DNA of 41,654 nucleotides from a virus (Duplodnaviria; Heunggongvirae; Uroviricota; Caudoviricetes): IMG/VR virus record IMGVR_UViG_2531839667_000017, positions 1 to 41,654 of that record; one strand, 5' to 3'. Shown piece by piece: positions 31,880 to 41,654 of this stretch (position 1 is its first letter; each line of letters starts with the position of its first letter). The notes under the pieces were generated by a model. It saw only the letters and a program-made list of their open reading frames with translations, ran no database searches and was not told where the DNA came from. The position numbers and the translations under genes were made by a program.

Positions 31880-32272
31880 ATGGGTCAGGAAGAAAAATAT
31901 GAGCTTAAAAAGCTCATTGGAGAAGACGCCATAGAAGAAATTGCAGCATTAACAACAGCTATAAAGAATATTAGGTATGCGCTAAATACGCTTATCTCCT
32001 CATGCGACAAAAATAGCAGGGAATTTTTGATACTTGGCGCAGCTCTAGGAATAGTTGATGCGGCAACGCTTCACCTAATTACTCATGACGATATTCTTAT
32101 TGAGCCGTATGAAACATTACTGCTTGTCAGGCAAAAAATGGCTGATGCCGCAGCAAATGGAGACCTTCAACTTTACATCGACTTAAGGAAAGTATTAAGG
32201 CGAATGGTCAAAACTGAAGGAGATATCCCCCTGAGCGATGCTAAACAAGGAATACAAGCAAAGCAGGAATGA
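31880..32272 (+). CDS. hypothetical protein (130 aa)
   Basis: ATG 31880-31882 with GAGG SD; starts 2 nt after the N stop; no recognised motif. Confidence 0.55.
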   Translation: MGQEEKYELKKLIGEDAIEEIAALTTAIKNIRYALNTLISSCDKNSREFLILGAALGIVDAATLHLITHDDILIEPYETLLLVRQKMADAAANGDLQLYIDLRKVLRRMVKTEGDIPLSDAKQGIQAKQE

Positions 32273-32332
32273 CCATTATCCTGATGAAGTATCGAAAGCA
32301 CAGTCAGCAATTAGCAAAGCTCTTGGGGAAGA

Positions 32333-32494
32333 ATGATGAATAGGAAATACATTGTTGAAGTTATAGAGCGAGAAACAAAAGAAGTAATTAAACATTTCGA
32401 ATTTGATAATTATAGAAAAGCTGACCGCGTAGAAGAAGGATTGTTGCGACAAAGTAATCTCGAAAAATTTGATGTTGTCATGCGATGCGAATAA
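32333..32494 (+). CDS. hypothetical small protein (53 aa)
   Basis: ATG 32333-32335 with purine-rich SD; AT-rich; found by reading the sequence. Confidence 0.4.
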   Translation: MMNRKYIVEVIERETKEVIKHFEFDNYRKADRVEEGLLRQSNLEKFDVVMRCE

Positions 32495-32587
32495 GCGCCT
32501 ATAGCAGATTTACGAGTCTGCTATGTGAGCAATGTCGCTCGTAACTAAACAGGAGCCGACTTGTTCTGATTATTGGAAATCTTCTTT

Positions 32588-32611
32588 GCCCTCCAGTGTG
32601 AGGGCTTTTTT
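32588..32611 (+). terminator. intrinsic terminator in the pL operon (tL-like)
   Basis: GCCCTC-cagtgt-GAGGGC hairpin followed by TTTTTT. Confidence 0.7.
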
Positions 32612-32677
32612 ATATGCATACCAATAACGCTTCACTCTAGGCGTTTTCGTTATGCAATCAAACAGAAGGAGCATCCT

Positions 32678-32848
32678 ATGCAACAGTTCGCTATTGCAGG
32701 GGCGGCATCGGTTCGCCCTTTCAACCCGATTTTATCGGTACAGCATTCACGAAAAAATATTTTAACCGGAGCAGACTTTAAACAACCAAGAATGAAAAGT
32801 TTGCTCGAAAAGCTTTGGGATATTTTGAAACGACAAGGCCGTCCATGA
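32678..32848 (+). CDS. cIII: CIII-like protein (FtsH inhibitor)
   Basis: 56 aa; MQQFAIAGAA...SLLEKLWDILKRQGRP parallels lambda CIII MQYAIAGWPVAG...; AAGGAG SD. Confidence 0.7.
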   Translation: MQQFAIAGAASVRPFNPILSVQHSRKNILTGADFKQPRMKSLLEKLWDILKRQGRP

Positions 32849-32929
32849 GTTTTACAGATAACTGGTCAGACGAAGAATTCATTCGTCAGATGAAAGAAAT
32901 GCTCAATCAGCACAAAGAACAGGAGAAAG

Positions 32930-32952
<23 letters not shown>
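32845..32952 (+). CDS. hypothetical small acidic protein (35 aa)
   Basis: ATG overlaps the cIII stop (ATGA); low confidence. Confidence 0.3.
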
Positions 32953-36091
<3,139 letters not shown>

Positions 36092-36108
<17 letters not shown>

Positions 36109-36574
36109 AATTGCCAATGAATACGCAAAATTGATGGATTCAGATTTAGAGCCAGAGATGATTGCTGACACAATAGAAGGCATGGAAGGAGAATTTACCG
36201 ATAAAATAGAGCAACTTCTTTCCGTCATTAAAAATGAATCTGGTTATGCTGAACGCCTCAAGGAAGAGGCAAAGTCGCTGAATGAGCGAGCCGCAGTAAT
36301 TCAAAATAAGATTGACAGCATCAAATCATATATAGCGTCATCGCTTGAAATGGTTGGCAAGAAAAATATTCGAGCAGGTATTCACCAGGTAACAATCCGC
36401 AAACCGTCAGAAACTGTAGAAATCATCGACTCAAGCGCCCTTCCTCCTGAATACGTTGAGTTCGAAACGACAATTAAAGCCGACAAACTGGCAATCAAAC
36501 ACCAACTAAAAGCAGGAATAAATATCCCCGGTGCTCAACTCAAGGTTGGGAAACCTTCACTTCTTATCAAATAA
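36092..36574 (+). CDS. Gp157-family protein (siphovirus Gp157-like, tentative)
   Basis: 160 aa from GTG 36092 with GGAGG SD; coupled to recT; family assignment from memory. Confidence 0.5.
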
Positions 36575-36585
36575 CGGTATCGCCT

Positions 36586-36900
36586 ATGAAAAAGACTCCA
36601 TGGGAGAAATGGGAAGTCGATTTCTTGCGCGAAGTATCGGCGACAATGCCAGTTGAAGTTATTGCTGAAAAACTGGAAAGGACTGAAAAAGCAGTTATGG
36701 CGAAAGCAACAAGGATTGGCGCTGACATTGTTAGCCGACTTCGTGGAAGACGCTGGACAAGAGCCGAAGTATCACTTTTCGGTAAGTTCTCCGCAGAAGA
36801 AATAGCAATTGCAACCTGCCGCTCAATTTATTCAGTAAGAGCTATGCGATACAAGCTAAAAAAACTCGATGAAGAAAGAGCTGGCATACGAATAAATTAA
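36586..36900 (+). CDS. hypothetical protein with two tandem ~40-aa HTH-like repeats
   Basis: 104 aa; internal repeat [33 protein letters not shown] / [32 protein letters not shown]. Confidence 0.5.
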   Translation: MKKTPWEKWEVDFLREVSATMPVEVIAEKLERTEKAVMAKATRIGADIVSRLRGRRWTRAEVSLFGKFSAEEIAIATCRSIYSVRAMRYKLKKLDEERAGIRIN

Positions 36901-36916
36901 CAAAGAGGAATTTACC

Positions 36917-37081
36917 ATGAGAGGACTTGCATACAATCCCGGCATTCTTCCGGCAGAAATGATTATTCGCCAACGCGTAAAGCCAATGCCATCGAGAGAG
37001 GAATTGCTTAAGAGAAATAGTTTCGGTTCTGTTAATGACAACAAATATCTGAATGCGATGTGGCGGAGTGGGAAGAAATGA
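36917..37081 (+). CDS. hypothetical small protein (54 aa)
   Basis: ATG 36917-36919 with AGAGGA SD; stop overlaps the next start (ATGA). Confidence 0.4.
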   Translation: MRGLAYNPGILPAEMIIRQRVKPMPSREELLKRNSFGSVNDNKYLNAMWRSGKK

Positions 37082-37515
37082 AACAAATGTCACTAATTGA
37101 GATGGATGGATTTCTGAAAGGTAAATGCATCCCATGTGATTTAAAGGTTAACGAAACAAATGCTGAATATCTGGTACGCAAATTTGCTGAAGCGGAGGCC
37201 AAGTGCGCGGCGCTGGCGGCGGAGAATGCGGAGCTGAAGTCTGTGCACCCTCAACCATTCGGAGCAGAGATGATGAAGGCTCTTGATGAGTATGAGAAGC
37301 ATCAGGATGAAGTGCCAGAGACTGGAATGCTCAATGCATTTTTCATCTTGCGCGACAGCATCCGTGTTGAAACCCCAGCCACCGACTCTTTCCTGTCTGA
37401 AGTGCGGGCGCAGGGGGTTGAGATGATGCGCGAACACCCATCAATCAAACTTTGCTCTTTGACGCACATATGTGATGAGTTAGCCGCCCAGCTTCGCAAA
37501 GGAGGCAACCAGTGA
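37078..37515 (+). CDS. hypothetical protein (145 aa)
   Basis: ATG 37078-37080 coupled to the upstream ORF; no recognised motif. Confidence 0.5.
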   Translation: MKQMSLIEMDGFLKGKCIPCDLKVNETNAEYLVRKFAEAEAKCAALAAENAELKSVHPQPFGAEMMKALDEYEKHQDEVPETGMLNAFFILRDSIRVETPATDSFLSEVRAQGVEMMREHPSIKLCSLTHICDELAAQLRKGGNQ

Positions 37516-37645
37516 CTGGACATGCAGCAATCCTCGACATGTGCTGTGGCAGTCGCATGTTCTGGTTAGATAAGAATGACGAACGGGCGAGATAAGCGAT
37601 CGGTTAAGTGCTATAGTAATGCGCTTTTGTATTTATGGAGTGAAT

Positions 37646-38344
37646 ATGAAAAATATCCTACTGGCATCATTGTTAGTGGCATCGCCGGGTGCATTTGCAG
37701 CCAGCTTTGACTGCCAAAAGGCTTCGACAGCAATCGAACATAAAATCTGCGATAACGAACGTCTGTCAAAATTAGACGAACAGCTTAGCTCTGCCTATTC
37801 TAGTGCCCTCAAAGGAAACCCAGAGAACGCAGACACCCTAAAAATGGTTCAACGTCAGTGGGTAAATATGCGTGGAAAACTCACTGATAATAAGGCTCTG
37901 GAGCTGGCTTATCTTATCCAAATTAATGGCCTCAAAGGTTTGGGGAGTTCAGTCAGCGTAACAGCGGCCAATGACATACCCACGTCGGCGCAGAAACATT
38001 CTGAAGAGCAGGAAGAAACAAGTAAGGCAGAAGCTAAGTCGGTCAAGAACGGCAATGAGCTAACCTTAGAGTCATTCCGAGCTAAATATGTAGAAGTAGA
38101 TGGTGAGTATTACAGCACGACATCCATTCCTAGAGGCAGTTCGTTCTTGTTCACTTGCGCCAGTCGTATTGCTGATGACCAAGTGAATATTTGGAAGAAA
38201 CAGGCAGCCAAAGAGGGCAAAATCGACTTATTCTTTGAGGTTGAGAATCACTTACACACGGCTATGTTGAACGCCAATTTTCAGAAGTTGAATTCAGACC
38301 CTGCCAAAAGAGGTATTTGTAATCTGATTAACGCAGTGCCGTAA
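37646..38344 (+). CDS. secreted DUF1311 / LprI-like (lysozyme-inhibitor-like) protein
   Basis: 232 aa from ATG 37646 with GGAG SD; signal peptide MKNILLASLLVASPGAFA; N-terminal Cys pair and helical region typical of DUF1311; AT-rich. Confidence 0.6.
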   Translation: MKNILLASLLVASPGAFAASFDCQKASTAIEHKICDNERLSKLDEQLSSAYSSALKGNPENADTLKMVQRQWVNMRGKLTDNKALELAYLIQINGLKGLGSSVSVTAANDIPTSAQKHSEEQEETSKAEAKSVKNGNELTLESFRAKYVEVDGEYYSTTSIPRGSSFLFTCASRIADDQVNIWKKQAAKEGKIDLFFEVENHLHTAMLNANFQKLNSDPAKRGICNLINAVP

Positions 38345-38354
38345 GTAAATTTAG

Positions 38355-38383
38355 GGCCACAGTTGTGGCCTTAAATATTTTTT
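38355..38383 (+). terminator. intrinsic terminator after the DUF1311 gene
   Basis: GGCCAC-agtt-GTGGCC hairpin followed by a U-rich tract. Confidence 0.65.
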
Positions 38384-38579
38384 CAGCCTTTTCTTATTTG
38401 TAATAAGCAGTACTTGGTAGTGCTTATAAAACAGAATAAAAAACATATGACTTTGGCGATTACCCAGTAAAGATATTCGAAATAAATGTAAATATCGACA
38501 ATGAATAACTATCCTCGCACTCGCGGGGATTTCTTTTATCTGAACTCGCTACGGCGAGTTTTGTTTTATGGAGATGATT

Positions 38580-38879
38580 ATGGCCTGTTCAACATTCAAC
38601 CCTCTAACGTTACAGAAATACCAGCCAGCCCCTGAAGATTTATGCTCACTGTGTGGCGGAAATCATGGCAAAGCCGCCATGATCGAATGTAAGGACAAAA
38701 TCCACATTTGCCTTAATTGCGTTGATGTCCTCGTTGATATCAAAAATGAGAGAGAAGATAAAAAGCGTAGCGAGGCTGTTCGCGCCTTAGATTCATGGAT
38801 GCGAGATGGGTATAGTGCCGCGCAAATTTATGACTTAGCAATATCAAAAGGCGAAATACCAGGAGTGCGCATAGAATAA
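38580..38879 (+). CDS. hypothetical zinc-ribbon protein (99 aa)
   Basis: ATG 38580 with GGAG SD; CSLCGG...C..ICLNC Cys cluster; own downstream terminator. Confidence 0.5.
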   Translation: MACSTFNPLTLQKYQPAPEDLCSLCGGNHGKAAMIECKDKIHICLNCVDVLVDIKNEREDKKRSEAVRALDSWMRDGYSAAQIYDLAISKGEIPGVRIE

Positions 38880-38920
38880 GACGTAACCAATATTCGAATT
38901 GAAGAACTGAAAGAACACCA

Positions 38921-38943
38921 AGCCGCCTGATGGCGGTTTTTTC
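38921..38943 (+). terminator. intrinsic terminator upstream of xis
   Basis: AGCCGCC-tgat-GGCGGTT hairpin followed by TTTTTTC. Confidence 0.65.
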
Positions 38944-38969
38944 TTGCGTGTAATTGCGGAGACTTTGCG

Positions 38970-39188
38970 ATGTACTTGACACTTCAGGAGTGGAACGCTC
39001 GCCAGCGACGCCCAAGAAGCCTTGAAACAGTTCGTCGATGGGTGCGCGAATGCAGGATATTCCCTCCTCCTGTTAAGGATGGAAGAGAGTATCTGTTCCA
39101 CGAATCAGCGGTAAAGGTTGACTTAAATCGACCAGTAACAGGTAGCCTTTTGAAGAGGATCAGAAATGGGAAGAAGGCGAAGTCATGA
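38970..39188 (+). CDS. xis: excisionase Xis
   Basis: 72 aa, MYLTLQEWNARQRRPRSLETVRRWVRECRIFPPPVKDGREYLFHESAVKVDLNRP...; matches lambda Xis as recalled. Confidence 0.93.
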   Translation: MYLTLQEWNARQRRPRSLETVRRWVRECRIFPPPVKDGREYLFHESAVKVDLNRPVTGSLLKRIRNGKKAKS

Positions 39189-40236
39189 GCGCCGGGATTT
39201 ACCCCCTAACCTTTATATAAGAAACAATGGATATTACTGCTACAGGGACCCAAGGACGGGTAAAGAGTTTGGATTAGGCCGAGACAGGAGGATAGCAATC
39301 ACTGAAGCAATACAGGCCAATATTGAGTTATTTTCAGGACACAAACACAAGCCTCTGACAGCGAGAATCAACAGTGATAATTCTGTTACGTTACATTCAT
39401 GGCTTGATCGCTACGAAAAAATCCTCGCCAGCAGAGGAATCAAGCAGAAGACACTCATAAATTACATGAGCAAAATTAAAGCAATAAGGAGGGGGCTGCC
39501 TGATGCTCCACTTGAAGACATCACCACAAAAGAAATTGCGGCAATGCTCAATGGATACATAGACGAGGGCAAGGCGGCGTCAGCCAAGTTAATCAGATCA
39601 ACACTGAGCGATGCATTCCGAGAGGCAATAGCTGAAGGCCATATAACAACAAACCCGGTCGCTGCCACTCGCGCAGCAAAATCAGAGGTAAGGAGATCAA
39701 GACTTACGGCTGACGAATACCTGAAAATTTATCAAGCAGCAGAATCATCACCATGTTGGCTCAGACTTGCAATGGAACTGGCTGTTGTTACCGGGCAGCG
39801 AGTTGGTGATTTATGCGAAATGAAGTGGTCTGATATCGTAGATGGATATCTTTATGTCGAACAAAGCAAAACAGGCGTAAAAATTGCCATCCCTACAACA
39901 TTGCATGTTGATGCTCTCGGGATATCAATGAAGGAAACACTTGATAAATGCAAAGAGATTCTTGGCGGAGAAACCATAATTGCATCTACTCGTCGTGAAC
40001 CGCTTTCATCCGGCACAGTATCAAGGTATTTTATGCGCGCACGAAAAGCATCAGGTCTTTCCTTCGAAGGGGATCCGCCTACCTTTCACGAGTTGCGCAG
40101 TTTGTCTGCAAGACTCTATGAGAAGCAGATAAGCGATAAGTTTGCTCAACATCTTCTCGGGCATAAGTCGGACACCATGGCATCACAGTATCGTGATGAC
40201 AGAGGCAGGGAGTGGGACAAAATTGAAATCAAATAA
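39166..40236 (+). CDS. int: integrase Int (tyrosine recombinase)
   Basis: 356 aa, MGRRRSHERRDLPPNLYIRNNGYYCYRDPRTGKEFGLGRDRR...; matches lambda Int as recalled; overlaps xis. Confidence 0.93.
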   Translation: MGRRRSHERRDLPPNLYIRNNGYYCYRDPRTGKEFGLGRDRRIAITEAIQANIELFSGHKHKPLTARINSDNSVTLHSWLDRYEKILASRGIKQKTLINYMSKIKAIRRGLPDAPLEDITTKEIAAMLNGYIDEGKAASAKLIRSTLSDAFREAIAEGHITTNPVAATRAAKSEVRRSRLTADEYLKIYQAAESSPCWLRLAMELAVVTGQRVGDLCEMKWSDIVDGYLYVEQSKTGVKIAIPTTLHVDALGISMKETLDKCKEILGGETIIASTRREPLSSGTVSRYFMRARKASGLSFEGDPPTFHELRSLSARLYEKQISDKFAQHLLGHKSDTMASQYRDDRGREWDKIEIK

Positions 40237-40324
40237 TGATTTTATTTTGACTGATAGTGACCTGTTCGTTGCAACAAATTGATAAGCAATGCTTTTTTAT
40301 AATGCCAACTTAGTATAAAAAAGC
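40237..40324. other. attL: P' arm with Int arm-type sites, and the 15-bp att core (complement of GCTTTTTTATACTAA at 40310-40324)
   Basis: Sequence after int matches the lambda attP P' arm (CAGGTCACTATCAGTCAAAATAAAATCATTATT on the complement) and the core, followed by the host ybhC flank. Confidence 0.9.
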
Positions 40325-40370
40325 AGGCTTCAACGGATTCATTTTTCTATTTCATAGCCCGGAGCAACCT

Positions 40371-41654
40371 GTGAACACATTTTCAGTTTCCCGTCTGGCG
40401 CTGGCATTGGCTTTTGGCGTGACGCTGACCGCCTGTAGCTCAACACCGCCCGATCAACGTCCTTCTGATCAAACCGCGCCTGGTACCTCTTCGCGCCCGA
40501 TTCTGTCGGCAAAAGAAGCGCAGAATTTCGATGCTCAACACTATTTTGCATCCCTGACACCAGGTGCGGCAGCGTGGAATCCTTCCCCGATTACCCTGCC
40601 TGCGCAACCTGACTTTGTTGTCGGCCCGGCGGGTACTCAAGGTGTAACGCATACCACGATTCAGGCGGCGGTAGATGCGGCAATTATCAAGCGCACCAAC
40701 AAGCGCCAGTATATTGCCGTGATGCCTGGTGAGTATCAGGGAACGGTGTATGTCCCTGCCGCTCCGGGTGGAATTACTCTGTACGGTACAGGTGAAAAAC
40801 CGATTGATGTGAAGATTGGGCTTTCCCTTGATGGTGGCATGAGCCCTGCCGACTGGCGTCACGACGTCAACCCGCGCGGCAAATATATGCCAGGTAAACC
40901 GGCGTGGTATATGTACGATAGCTGCCAGAGTAAACGCAGCGATAGTATCGGTGTTCTCTGCTCTGCGGTCTTCTGGTCACAAAACAATGGCCTGCAACTG
41001 CAAAACCTGACCATCGAAAACACGCTGGGCGATAGCGTAGATGCGGGTAACCATCCGGCGGTGGCACTGCGTACTGATGGCGACAAAGTGCAGATCAATA
41101 ACGTCAACATTCTCGGTCGTCAGAACACCTTCTTTGTCACCAACAGCGGTGTGCAGAACCGTCTGGAAACCAACCGTCAGCCGCGTACGCTGGTGACCAA
41201 CAGCTATATTGAAGGGGATGTGGATATCGTTTCTGGTCGCGGCGCAGTGGTGTTCGATAACACCGAATTCCGCGTGGTGAACTCCCGTACCCAGCAAGAA
41301 GCGTATGTGTTTGCACCGGCTACGCTGTCCAACATTTACTACGGTTTCCTCGCCGTAAACAGCCGTTTCAATGCTTCCGGTGATGGCGTGGCACAACTGG
41401 GCCGCTCGCTGGATGTTGATGCTAATACCAACGGTCAGGTGGTGATCCGTGATAGCGCCATCAACGAAGGTTTTAACACGGCGAAACCGTGGGCCGATGC
41501 GGTGATTTCCAATCGTCCGTTTGCGGGTAATACTGGCAACGTTGATGATAACGACGAAGTACAGCGTAATCTGAATGACACTAACTACAACCGCATGTGG
41601 GAATACAATAACCGCGGCGTGGGTAGCAAAGTGGTTGCAGAGGCGAAGAAGTAA
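40371..41654 (+). CDS. ybhC: host outer-membrane lipoprotein YbhC (pectin-methylesterase-like fold; putative acyl-CoA thioesterase)
   Basis: 427 aa, GTG start, lipoprotein signal MNTFSVSRLALALAFGVTLTAC; the known gene flanking lambda attB. Confidence 0.88.
   Translation: MNTFSVSRLALALAFGVTLTACSSTPPDQRPSDQTAPGTSSRPILSAKEAQNFDAQHYFASLTPGAAAWNPSPITLPAQPDFVVGPAGTQGVTHTTIQAAVDAAIIKRTNKRQYIAVMPGEYQGTVYVPAAPGGITLYGTGEKPIDVKIGLSLDGGMSPADWRHDVNPRGKYMPGKPAWYMYDSCQSKRSDSIGVLCSAVFWSQNNGLQLQNLTIENTLGDSVDAGNHPAVALRTDGDKVQINNVNILGRQNTFFVTNSGVQNRLETNRQPRTLVTNSYIEGDVDIVSGRGAVVFDNTEFRVVNSRTQQEAYVFAPATLSNIYYGFLAVNSRFNASGDGVAQLGRSLDVDANTNGQVVIRDSAINEGFNTAKPWADAVISNRPFAGNTGNVDDNDEVQRNLNDTNYNRMWEYNNRGVGSKVVAEAKK

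Overview
The window is almost entirely a lambdoid prophage (about 40.3 kb) integrated at the canonical lambda attB next to host ybhC; the attL core sits at 40310-40324, ybhC at 40371-41654 is the only host gene, and the prophage continues past the window start. All calls are by eye from the sequence and from recalled protein families, with no database search. Late genes, replication genes and cro run on the minus strand; cI, the pL operon and xis-int run on the plus strand. The element is a mosaic. The head and tail genes (J to Nu1), cos, Q, several nin genes and xis/int match lambda proteins closely as I recall them. The lysis cassette is instead phage-21-like (dual-start pinholin, SAR endolysin, Rz with embedded Rz1), the replication module is an iteron-containing O-like initiator plus a DnaB-family helicase, and the immunity region (cI, cro, cII, N-like antiterminator with nutL/nutR) is non-lambda. 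A 1954-bp IS21-family element (IS100-like, istA/istB) with a 5-bp target duplication sits just upstream of recT and clips the 3' end of an early gene. I could not tie any stretch to a known defence system; the best candidates for something undescribed are three cargo loci: a two-gene cassette downstream of cI in the rexAB slot (30636-31109), an AT-rich polytopic membrane protein between pR' and the lysis genes (21797-22555), and a secreted DUF1311/LprI-like protein plus a zinc-ribbon protein next to xis-int (37646-38879). No tRNA, rRNA or CRISPR array was seen.
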